From a virus: DNA of 64,000 nt. The position numbers and the translations under genes are program-made. Positions within the stretch are counted from its first letter, which is position 1; each line of letters begins with the position of its first letter. Below, piece by piece: positions 51,952 to 60,163 of this stretch. The DNA lies in the IMG/VR virus record IMGVR_UViG_3300017752_002639, positions 7,919 to 71,918 of that record; one strand, 5' to 3'. The notes beneath the pieces were generated by a model, which was not told where the DNA came from, did no database searches, and was given only the letters and a program-made list of their open reading frames with translations.

Positions 51952-53200
51952 ACTCTGGGTTAGATGTAAGGAAGTCTTGATTACGTGTTTTATCTAAACG
52001 CTTGTTAAACTCTATACAGTCTTGCCAATGTGTTTTGTACATACACTTTGCTTCTAAGAAATTTATGTTGTCTTGTATTTGTTGTAGAGTTACTGTCTTT
52101 AGTAACTCGTGTTCTTTTACTAAAGGATAATCTAACACAGTTTCTTTCATTGCTTCTAATTTAGCAATAACTTGTTCCTTTAGTTCAGGCGGCAGTACTT
52201 GTGCTGATAGCGACATAGGATAATTTACTCTATGTGAATAAAATATAATTCCCATTGTATTAATAAAGTAATCAATTACTTTGTCTATTTGCATAATGTT
52301 GTTTGCTTGTACAGTAAATGCACCTACTACTCTACTTACATTAGGAAAGCTCTTAAACACTTTAATGTTTTCTTCTATTTCAGCAAACTTACCATTGCCT
52401 CTAATGTATTCATATGTGTCGTGTATGCCGTCTATGCTTACGTTTACAGCAATGCTTTTAAACTTAGGCCAATAGTCGTGTATTGTTCTTCCGCCTTTAA
52501 TACCTAGCGTAGTACCGTTTGTAGCGTACTTTAGTTCTATGTTGTCACCATACTCTGCAAGTTTATCTAGTATCTTATAATGGTATGGATCCATTAGCGG
52601 CTCACCACCTGCAAATTCTACACGTCTAAAGAACGGTAGTAGCTTTTCAAAACTTGCCCACCAGTTATCTGAGTTATCAAACGGTCCAATATATTGCCCT
52701 GGTTTGTCTACTAGTGCATCAACAGTTGGTATAAGATAATTGTTTTCTTTCTTGTAAAATTCTGTTACTTGATCCCAATCTTTCCAGCTTGTACTGTCCA
52801 AAGGATTACACATACGACACTTTAAATTACACAAGTTATTGAGCTTAATTTCCATTGTAGGAAACTCAAAAGGCATGCTGTAATCGTCGTCTAAAGCGTC
52901 TAATGCATCAGGGTATAAGTTGACCCTAGCTTCAGGTATTACCCCTGCTGTATGACGCTGTCGTAAGCTCTGTACACCCTGATCTTCAAGGTCAAAGCAC
53001 GGTTTACATACATCAGGACGTTCGTCATTTAGTACTTGTCTACGCACTTCTTTCATAGCATCGTTGTTCCATGCTTCTTCCAAAGTTTCTTTTTGTATCC
53101 AACCAATAGGTTGACTGCGACAGCATACTTTGATAGCACCATCTTCTCTTGTAGCCAATCCTGTAAACGGATGCATACAAAATGTACAACTCTTATGCAT
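51935..53200 (-). CDS. Radical SAM enzyme 13, N-terminal twitch domain (CC type)
   Basis: CNLKCRMC, FAGGEP; FCMHPF...VCC...CKPC. Confidence 0.88.
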   Translation of the reverse strand: MHKSCTFCMHPFTGLATREDGAIKVCCRSQPIGWIQKETLEEAWNNDAMKEVRRQVLNDERPDVCKPCFDLEDQGVQSLRQRHTAGVIPEARVNLYPDALDALDDDYSMPFEFPTMEIKLNNLCNLKCRMCNPLDSTSWKDWDQVTEFYKKENNYLIPTVDALVDKPGQYIGPFDNSDNWWASFEKLLPFFRRVEFAGGEPLMDPYHYKILDKLAEYGDNIELKYATNGTTLGIKGGRTIHDYWPKFKSIAVNVSIDGIHDTYEYIRGNGKFAEIEENIKVFKSFPNVSRVVGAFTVQANNIMQIDKVIDYFINTMGIIFYSHRVNYPMSLSAQVLPPELKEQVIAKLEAMKETVLDYPLVKEHELLKTVTLQQIQDNINFLEAKCMYKTHWQDCIEFNKRLDKTRNQDFLTSNPEFAPYV

Positions 53201-53873
53201 TATCTATTCCCCATTGTCGTTCCTTACACCAAAAACATTCTCCGCACTGTGGTACAAACATGCCTGGCTTATATGTAGTATAATCTAAATTATCAAACTC
53301 GCCTTCGCAACTACGAGTAATATTTAACAACTCTTTGATGCCGTTATCGTAATATTGTTTTATGATCCAGTTCTTCTTAGTATACACGAAAGGATGACAA
53401 ATGTCAACTCCATTATGAACAAAATGTGGAGCAATATGTCCTTCGTCACGTTCTGCAACTTTGCCAGGAATATCAATATCTGGATTCATATTTACTCCTG
53501 CATAAAGTGCATCTAAATTATGCTTGTGTGCAATATACTCGTTATGTGAACGTAGTATAATTCTATTGCCCGACTTCATTTTTCCGTACTCATCTTTAAT
53601 AAGATATTCTGTAGGCTCTTCTAATTCAGGCGGGACTAAATTTTTATGTACATAAAACTTATGATCAAAATTATCTTTAAACCATGCAACTACATTGTCA
53701 GCAATATGTTCTGCCCACGGTCGTGTTTTCCATAAACGTATTTGTATATTAAAATGTATTTCTGTAGTTGAACTTACGTTTTTACATATTAAATATGCAA
53801 GCAATGCACTGTCAGCACCGCCACTAAGACTAATACCTATACGCCGCCAATCAGAATTCAAGTATAGTTCCAT
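53193..53873 (-). CDS. QueC-like PP-loop ATP pyrophosphatase (7-cyano-7-deazaguanine synthase-like)
   Basis: 'ISLSGGADS' PP-loop and C-terminal 'TRSC...CGECFWCKER' zinc site. Confidence 0.7.
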   Translation of the reverse strand: MELYLNSDWRRIGISLSGGADSALLAYLICKNVSSTTEIHFNIQIRLWKTRPWAEHIADNVVAWFKDNFDHKFYVHKNLVPPELEEPTEYLIKDEYGKMKSGNRIILRSHNEYIAHKHNLDALYAGVNMNPDIDIPGKVAERDEGHIAPHFVHNGVDICHPFVYTKKNWIIKQYYDNGIKELLNITRSCEGEFDNLDYTTYKPGMFVPQCGECFWCKERQWGIDNA

Positions 53874-53878
53874 ACAAG

Positions 53879-53895
53879 TATTTACTCGGTAAATA
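53879..53895. promoter_or_regulatory. Divergent back-to-back late promoters in a perfect inverted repeat
   Basis: GTATTTAC-TCG-GTAAATAC; each TAAATA lies exactly 5 nt before its ATG (53873 minus, 53901 plus). Confidence 0.75.
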
Positions 53896-53900
53896 CGTAT

Positions 53901-54563
53901 ATGCTAGTTGAAACTGAACATACTGTATCTATCAATGACATTGACGCAATAGACTTAACAACTATTGATAAAATGAAAACGCCAATAAATGAGCCATCGG
54001 GATCATTCTTTTATGATGAATGGAATATAAAAGAAGAATATAAAGATACTCCTTGGGCTACATTATTAAACACATTACCATTTGCAGTGGGCGAAGCTAG
54101 AGTAATATCTTTAGAAAGTAAAACTTGCTATACTAAACATACTGACATTGATGATAGATACCATTTAAATATTTTTGGTGACGAAGGTTATCTTATTGAT
54201 TTACAAGATTCACATATGTATAAAACAGAGTGTGATGGTAAATGGTATGTAATGGATGCTAGTAAAGCCCACACTGCCGCAAATTTTGGTCAGTATCGTC
54301 GTGTGCAGTTAGTAGTTAGAAAACTATTACAACGTGTAAATTTAAAAGATCCTATTGATGTGTCAATTATTCCAGGCGGCGATAATCCTAGATATACATT
54401 TGACAACACACTAAGTCCTTGGTTAAACAAAAAACTTAAAGATAAAACTATTACTGATTTTGAAAGATCTGATAGTGGTGTAAATTTTAAAATGGAACGT
54501 GTATTGCTAGACCAATTTGAAAATATACTACCTAAAGACTTTAATGCTAGTCTATATAGATAG
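53901..54563 (+). CDS. 2OG-Fe(II) oxygenase-like protein (Asp/Asn beta-hydroxylase-like) with C-terminal extension
   Basis: 'KHTDIDDRYH...AHTAAN...RVQLV' gives an HxD...H facial triad. Confidence 0.6.
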   Translation: MLVETEHTVSINDIDAIDLTTIDKMKTPINEPSGSFFYDEWNIKEEYKDTPWATLLNTLPFAVGEARVISLESKTCYTKHTDIDDRYHLNIFGDEGYLIDLQDSHMYKTECDGKWYVMDASKAHTAANFGQYRRVQLVVRKLLQRVNLKDPIDVSIIPGGDNPRYTFDNTLSPWLNKKLKDKTITDFERSDSGVNFKMERVLLDQFENILPKDFNASLYR

Positions 54564-55239
54564 CCTTTGCTTTTTCCATTGTATCTGTGCTAAAGTTATT
54601 TTTAAAACTATCAAAACATAAGCCCTGTAGTTTGTCTAACGGTTGAACAGCATTAACATCAATACCCATGCTTTCCATTGCAGGTATTAATACACTTTGC
54701 CTATCTTCACTTATATGACTCATAACGTCCATTGGCGTAAATCCTTGTTCTTCTGAGCTATATGTAAAAAAGTAATTTATGCTTTTTAATGTTCCGTCAA
54801 CTATAAAGTAACTACTTGGATGCATACTAAACTTGTACAATCCTAAATCCTTGTGTGCTTGTATAATTTCAAGCATTTGATCTTCCCAGTCGGGTAATAC
54901 ATGCGAATAGTCAGTACCTTTACATCCTGCTAGTTCCCACATGTCAGGACCGTCTATTTCTAAGTAGACCTTTCGAAACTCATAGTCAATTTCAAATGCT
55001 GGTACGTGTTGCGGATACTCCTCACGCATTAGTCTAAGATATTTTATTTCACGTTCAAACTTTTCATCCATCAAGTCTACATCAACAACTTGATTATGTC
55101 CTCCGTGATAACCTTCATCGTTATGATACCATTGACAAAACTGTTGTTTGTCATCACTAATAAGACTAGTGTATATTAGGTTGTTTCTACATAATCCTTT
55201 TTCAGGAACATTATTATAGTAGTAATTCATTTTTTTCAT
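54547..55239 (-). CDS. Degenerate protein-kinase-like fold protein
   Basis: 'FEREIKYLR...LGLYKFSMHPSSYFIVDGTLKSINYF' has kinase-like spacing but non-canonical catalytic-loop and DFG positions. Confidence 0.4.
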   Translation of the reverse strand: MKKMNYYYNNVPEKGLCRNNLIYTSLISDDKQQFCQWYHNDEGYHGGHNQVVDVDLMDEKFEREIKYLRLMREEYPQHVPAFEIDYEFRKVYLEIDGPDMWELAGCKGTDYSHVLPDWEDQMLEIIQAHKDLGLYKFSMHPSSYFIVDGTLKSINYFFTYSSEEQGFTPMDVMSHISEDRQSVLIPAMESMGIDVNAVQPLDKLQGLCFDSFKNNFSTDTMEKAKAIYID

Positions 55240-56479
55240 TTCCAGGTTGATAATGGTGTATGTTTGTAACTGCTATTAAATCTTTTACTGCATCTACTTC
55301 TTCTCTTTCATACATTATAGATGTAAATGGGTATACATTGTATTGTAACATAGTACTAGTATGTAGTATAGAGCCTTTTGGTAACTTATTAAATAGTGTT
55401 TGCGGCTCTTTAATAAGATCAATATGAACAAATTCTTTATCCATATCTTTAAATTTTTGCCAGTTATTGAATATTAACGATGATGTATCTTTATTAAATT
55501 TTTCAGCATCATTAATATCAACTTGTGAATTTGGTTCTGTGTTTAAATTATTTTCATTACAGTATGCTAGTGCAAATTCTAAATAGTTTTCGCCGTTCCA
55601 GTTATTGTACAAGTATTGTTTAAAGTCTAAGTTATTTTTATTAATATCATAAAATATTATTTTTGAAGCATTGTTGTAATAGGCTGTAATTTCACCTAAG
55701 AATCCTGTTGCTGGTACTGCAACAGTATGTGTGTCATAGTTTTGTATAGTGGGATCCCAACTCCATATATTTACAGAATTATATTTTCTATAATCTAAAA
55801 CAGCATTGATGTATAATTCTTGAGAGTCGTCAAGTCCAGGAAGTATTTTAAACTCTTTATGTGCTTGTTCAAATACATCTGTAGACTTTTTTGGATATAA
55901 AAATCCACGTACCGGTAATGGATTGTTAGCATTATACCGCCAATTATTATCAAAGTTACGTACTCGTAACCCTTGTTTTAATGCTTTTAGAATTAGTTTA
56001 CCGCCCCATTCTACTTGTTGTTCTTTAGAACTTTTATCAAGATATACTTCTACTGGAGCATAGTCGCCGTGCATACTTTTCTTAGACCTAGTAACAGTAC
56101 GATCGTATATAGTTCCTGGAGTTAAATCTAAGTCTCTAACTAAGTCTGATCTTACAATTATAAACTGTTCATGTAGTCTTGGTAAGTCATCACCTTCATA
56201 CTGTAATAGATTTGCAAGTATACCATACGTATCATCTATTTTAATTATTTTATTCCACAGATGATCTCGGTCAGTTATAATAGTACCAGCAGTAACTATT
56301 ATAAGAAATTCTGTAGTATCTGCGTAGTTCTTAATTTCATCGTAACTAGCAACCTCATGAATATCTGCGTGTTCGACATTCACAAGATTAATAAAAGATC
56401 TTGTAACCTCTAACATTTTATTGTTTAACCAAGAGCTTTTAGAAAAGCTCGGTACTATAATGAAAGATACCTTTTGCAT
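55214..56479 (-). CDS. Hypothetical protein (N-terminus possibly GT-like)
   Basis: 421-aa ORF inside the island; no firm motif. Confidence 0.6.
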   Translation of the reverse strand: MQKVSFIIVPSFSKSSWLNNKMLEVTRSFINLVNVEHADIHEVASYDEIKNYADTTEFLIIVTAGTIITDRDHLWNKIIKIDDTYGILANLLQYEGDDLPRLHEQFIIVRSDLVRDLDLTPGTIYDRTVTRSKKSMHGDYAPVEVYLDKSSKEQQVEWGGKLILKALKQGLRVRNFDNNWRYNANNPLPVRGFLYPKKSTDVFEQAHKEFKILPGLDDSQELYINAVLDYRKYNSVNIWSWDPTIQNYDTHTVAVPATGFLGEITAYYNNASKIIFYDINKNNLDFKQYLYNNWNGENYLEFALAYCNENNLNTEPNSQVDINDAEKFNKDTSSLIFNNWQKFKDMDKEFVHIDLIKEPQTLFNKLPKGSILHTSTMLQYNVYPFTSIMYEREEVDAVKDLIAVTNIHHYQPGNEKNELLL

Positions 56480-57092
56480 CTTGTTCCTTTAATGATCTCT
56501 TTACTAACTTTAAATATTCTGGTGTACTATCGTAATGATGTATAATCAAATGATATCTATCTTCTTGGCTAGGATTAACTACACTATGCTCGTAACTTAG
56601 ATTCATTGCATACACATCGCCTGGATTAAATTCTAATGTTTCTCCGTCTTGCCATTTCCATACACAGTCTTTAGGATTAGTTATAGCAATATTAATAGCA
56701 CCTAGTACACTATGTTCTGTATCTGTATGTGGTTCAATAACACCACCTGCTTCTAATAGCATTACTCTTGTACGACCATAACTACTGCTTGGGTATACTT
56801 CTTGTAACCATTTTTTAGTTACAGGACATAGTTCTGCTATATCTGTCCATTGCATATCAGGTGCGGCGGCTCTTGCATCTTTATAATTGTATACGTTCCA
56901 TGCATACGGTTCTGTACTAGATTTACCTACTATTGGTAAACTTGCCCAGCCCTGTGTTTTATATGTTGACCTATACTCTACAAATTTATTCTTTAAATTA
57001 ATAATTTCATTATACGCTTCTTTGTGCGGAAAATTAATATTTAATTTGAGATATTTTAGATCGCTTACTAGATACTCACGTCCTTCAAACAT
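56439..57092 (-). CDS. 2OG-Fe(II) oxygenase (Asp/Asn beta-hydroxylase-like)
   Basis: 'GGVIEPHTD...EHSVVN...DRYHLIIH'. Confidence 0.75.
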   Translation of the reverse strand: MFEGREYLVSDLKYLKLNINFPHKEAYNEIINLKNKFVEYRSTYKTQGWASLPIVGKSSTEPYAWNVYNYKDARAAAPDMQWTDIAELCPVTKKWLQEVYPSSSYGRTRVMLLEAGGVIEPHTDTEHSVLGAINIAITNPKDCVWKWQDGETLEFNPGDVYAMNLSYEHSVVNPSQEDRYHLIIHHYDSTPEYLKLVKRSLKEQDAKGIFHYSTELF

Positions 57093-57097
57093 AAAAG

Positions 57098-57113
57098 TAT
57101 TTATTGGTAAATA
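57098..57113. promoter_or_regulatory. Second divergent late-promoter pair
   Basis: GTATTTATTGGTAAATAT; each TAAATA lies 5 nt before its ATG (57092 minus, 57119 plus). Confidence 0.72.
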
Positions 57114-57118
57114 TTTGC

Positions 57119-57928
57119 ATGATTAAAGGAATTGGCGGAAAGCCCTATATAAACTTAGACCCCTACTTAGATGTAGATGGATTTAAAGAAATGCATCCTG
57201 AAATTTGTAAAGGGTTTGCTCAAGCTCGTGATTATGCAAAAGAAGGAACATGGATGGAACCAGGTTTTAAATTTGATGACATGAGTTATATTTTAAATTG
57301 GAAACCTATATACAAAGCATTTGCAGAGTATCAAGCACTTCCAGAAGACCATCCAATTAAATTAAATGGTAATGAAATATTCCCACAAGATTTTAAAGAT
57401 TATAAACAACGTAACTTGTTTACACGTTACCTAAAAGGTGTAATGGGAGCAAATGATCCGTACATTTACTACTTTCTTTGGAACGAAGGTGATTGGGAAG
57501 AACGCAATGCAGAACGTGAACGCACAGAAGAACAAAAATATTTCCCCAGTGTTGTGAAATGGATTGAAAATTTAGTAGAAGAAAACATTATTGATCGTAT
57601 TGGCAGAGTTATATTTTTTCATTGCGAGCATGATGGACATGCCTTTGAGCATAGAGACTTAGACGGAAAGGACGGAGATGATCAAGGATATAGTAATCAC
57701 CGTAATGAATTTATACATATACGCTATCGCACAAAAAGAGGATTTTATATATGGGATCCAGAGTCCCAAAACAAAGTTTACATAAACTCTAATGCCGCAT
57801 TTTGGAATGATGAAGATTGGCATGGTGGTGAAGGTTCTAAAGAACAAGAATACGGACTAAGAATAGACTGTACATTTACAGATGAATTTAGAAAAGTATT
57901 AGGTTTAGATAAGTTAGAAAGTTACTAA
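57119..57928 (+). CDS. 2OG-Fe(II) oxygenase-like protein
   Basis: 'AFEHRD...WHGG...GLRID'. ATG 57119 preferred over TTG 57104 because of promoter geometry. Confidence 0.5.
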   Translation: MIKGIGGKPYINLDPYLDVDGFKEMHPEICKGFAQARDYAKEGTWMEPGFKFDDMSYILNWKPIYKAFAEYQALPEDHPIKLNGNEIFPQDFKDYKQRNLFTRYLKGVMGANDPYIYYFLWNEGDWEERNAERERTEEQKYFPSVVKWIENLVEENIIDRIGRVIFFHCEHDGHAFEHRDLDGKDGDDQGYSNHRNEFIHIRYRTKRGFYIWDPESQNKVYINSNAAFWNDEDWHGGEGSKEQEYGLRIDCTFTDEFRKVLGLDKLESY

Positions 57929-58426
57929 ATGGATTTTGTTGGAAACTACAAAGAAATTATACCTAATGGACTTATTGATTTTTTATTAGAAAATAAAGGA
58001 CAGCCTCGTCCTAACAGTATATCTAAAGAACATATAGACGACTACGAAAAATACTCTAAAGGTAAAAGTGTAGGTTATGATTTAACCGCGGCATACTGGC
58101 ATATATTTGAAGAAAATGATATTGCACCTTTAGTAATAAATGCACCTTGGGTAAAAGGAAAACAGCATTGGTGGATTACTAAAATGATGCCTGGTGATAT
58201 TATGCCTATGCATGAAGATCCTACAACATTAGGTAATGATTGTAAACGTTACTGGATGCCGTTACAAGACTACGAATCAGGTCATATTTTTATTATTAAA
58301 GACAAACTAATAACAGATTATAGTGCTGGAGATGTATTTGTGTATGATGTTGCACAAGACAATCACGGTGCGGCTAACATAGGGTTTACACCAAGATTTG
58401 TTTTACAAGTTGCAGAATTTTTTTAG
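57929..58426 (+). CDS. 2OG-Fe(II) oxygenase-like protein
   Basis: 'PGDIMPMHED...NHGAANIG..PRFVLQV'. Confidence 0.65.
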   Translation: MDFVGNYKEIIPNGLIDFLLENKGQPRPNSISKEHIDDYEKYSKGKSVGYDLTAAYWHIFEENDIAPLVINAPWVKGKQHWWITKMMPGDIMPMHEDPTTLGNDCKRYWMPLQDYESGHIFIIKDKLITDYSAGDVFVYDVAQDNHGAANIGFTPRFVLQVAEFF

Positions 58427-59010
58427 TTCCAACGAACTTCGTATTCACTAATATAACTTTTACATGATATTGCAAAATTAACTACCTCAAGTAATTCTTC
58501 AGCACTAGTATACGGCTCGTCTTCACGTATAGTTTTATACATAATATTACCAAGTTGTAATAGTATACTTTGCGGCATTGCATAATCATTTTTGTAACCT
58601 TTATAATGCAACCGCTTATAATCTTCATGTGTTTTCTTTAGTAGTAATTTTTCTGCAATATAATTGCTTTTTTCTCTAGGTCTATCAAAGAAGCTATTTT
58701 GATTTATACTTACTATATCAGGTACATCTAGTTCTGTTACTAAACTACCAAAACTAATAATCTTTTTAGGTGTTTGATATTGTTGTCTATTCCAAAAGTC
58801 CCAAACGTATGCTAGTAAACTAGATTGTAATGTGCCAACAGATGCTAAGTTAAAGAATATGTCTGCATCAACTAAGTGTTCTATAAGGCGGTCAACATCG
58901 TCTGGTAAAGTATATCCGTGTGTTCGATCAACAGGAACCCAATCCATATCTATGTTTTCCATTAGGATTGCGCCTGATTGAGAGGAAGCTCCTGTAATTA
59001 TAGCTTTCAT
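58423..59010 (-). CDS. Short-chain dehydrogenase/reductase (atypical)
   Basis: 'KAIITGASSQSG', 'IISFGS' and YxxxK in 'YIAEK'. Confidence 0.65.
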   Translation of the reverse strand: MKAIITGASSQSGAILMENIDMDWVPVDRTHGYTLPDDVDRLIEHLVDADIFFNLASVGTLQSSLLAYVWDFWNRQQYQTPKKIISFGSLVTELDVPDIVSINQNSFFDRPREKSNYIAEKLLLKKTHEDYKRLHYKGYKNDYAMPQSILLQLGNIMYKTIREDEPYTSAEELLEVVNFAISCKSYISEYEVRWN

Positions 59011-59011
59011 A

Positions 59012-59557
59012 TTATCCCCAAATATTAAACAAGTACTTTGGTACTAGTCCTGCGTTTGCACCTGCATGCCAACTTGTACGATCTGGCCATTTCCAAACAG
59101 CACCTTGTGGTTGTTTATACAAACATGTATCACCGACTATAATAGTATGACCATCCTCTGGACCACTTACATGACAATGATATCTTTCTAGTTGTTTCCC
59201 TGCATTTAGTGTTGCTTCGTCATCAGTAATATCCCAATGCCATGGTGCAACATCACCAGGTAGTACTCTGCTTATCCAAGCATTTGTATATTCAGTCATG
59301 CCTACATAATCCATAAACTGATGTATAAGTTCTTCATCAAAATTTGTTCCAGGCAAAAACATATCCCAAGCCGCATTGCCGCCTTCTGACTTTTGTTTAT
59401 ATCCTGCTTCTCTTAATGGTCCTACTACTTCTTCAACACCAGGAACACTATCTCCTACATCATGTCTTGGGCCAATGTAAGCCGCGGCTTGATTCTCTAT
59501 ATCTTTAACAACATTTTGCCAATTAATAGTATCACATATACCAATGTACTCAGCCAT
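59012..59557 (-). CDS. 2OG-Fe(II) oxygenase-like protein (paralog of 57929)
   Basis: 'PGDVAPWHWD...WHAGANAG..PKYLF'. Confidence 0.65.
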   Translation of the reverse strand: MAEYIGICDTINWQNVVKDIENQAAAYIGPRHDVGDSVPGVEEVVGPLREAGYKQKSEGGNAAWDMFLPGTNFDEELIHQFMDYVGMTEYTNAWISRVLPGDVAPWHWDITDDEATLNAGKQLERYHCHVSGPEDGHTIIVGDTCLYKQPQGAVWKWPDRTSWHAGANAGLVPKYLFNIWG

Positions 59558-60101
59558 TTAAAAACTCCTCAGGCCAAAATTCGTTTTCGTATTCTAATGT
59601 TTTCTTATAAGTTTCTTTAACGTCTAACATATTATCTTTAAATACAAATCTATTGCTGTCATTAATAATATCTCCAATTAAACTAAACGGTATTTCGTCT
59701 TCTAGAGTAGTACATGCATAACAGTCCATAAGTTTTACTTGGCCATCTATAACAAAAAATGTCCATGGGTATGCGTTTATTTTGTATATGTTGTTACTTA
59801 CTAAGTCTTGTAGTATAGCAGTTACTTGTTCTTTGTAGTCTGTTGGAGCAGTATTATGTTCTAGTGCATGGTTTAAACTAATCCCCCAATCAAACGTTAT
59901 TAGAAGTTCACTGTCATTAGTAGTAATATTAGGAGCATAGTATTTGCCAGCAACAAGTGATAGTCCGTTTAGTTCTCTATCGTACCAGAACCTATCGTTA
60001 AATTGCATGTAATAGTAGTTGTCGTCATAGAAGGCATTATAGACTGCATTAGCAGGACCTAGTATACCATTTTTATATTTTTGAAATATTCGTTTAGTCA
60101 T
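59550..60101 (-). CDS. Degenerate kinase-like protein (paralog of 54547)
   Basis: 'WYDRELNGL...NIYKINAYPWTFFVIDGQVKLMDCY'. Confidence 0.4.
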   Translation of the reverse strand: MTKRIFQKYKNGILGPANAVYNAFYDDNYYYMQFNDRFWYDRELNGLSLVAGKYYAPNITTNDSELLITFDWGISLNHALEHNTAPTDYKEQVTAILQDLVSNNIYKINAYPWTFFVIDGQVKLMDCYACTTLEDEIPFSLIGDIINDSNRFVFKDNMLDVKETYKKTLEYENEFWPEEFLNG

Positions 60102-60104
60102 AAA

Positions 60105-60144
60105 AAAACACCTGTATTGTATTGTATTTAACTACAGGTGTTTT
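60105..60144 (-). promoter_or_regulatory. 12-bp perfect hairpin with a late-promoter core in its loop; also terminator-like (U7 tail on the minus strand)
   Basis: Arms AAAACACCTGTA / TACAGGTGTTTT around a 16-nt loop that reads TAAATA on the minus strand (60130-60125); the 3' arm carries AGGTG 7 nt before ATG 60101. Confidence 0.65.
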
Positions 60145-60163
60145 AGAATTTTGTTATTGTGAA

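Noticed and set aside
33862-53200. Labelling the radical SAM genes as moaA, nrdG, queE or pqqE
   Set aside because: No partner genes (moaC, nrdD, queD, pqqA-D) are present and the auxiliary domains differ, so specific symbols are unsupported.
57104-57118. TTG start at 57104 (and similarly the 42696, 61738 and 62321 starts in the ORF track)
   Set aside because: Promoter geometry, ribosome-binding sites or translational coupling favour the downstream starts 57119, 42708, 61690 and 62300.
30397-60101. RiPP interpretation of the SPASM enzymes
   Set aside because: No short precursor peptide, RRE/PqqD domain, peptidase or exporter was found in the window; not excluded if these lie elsewhere.
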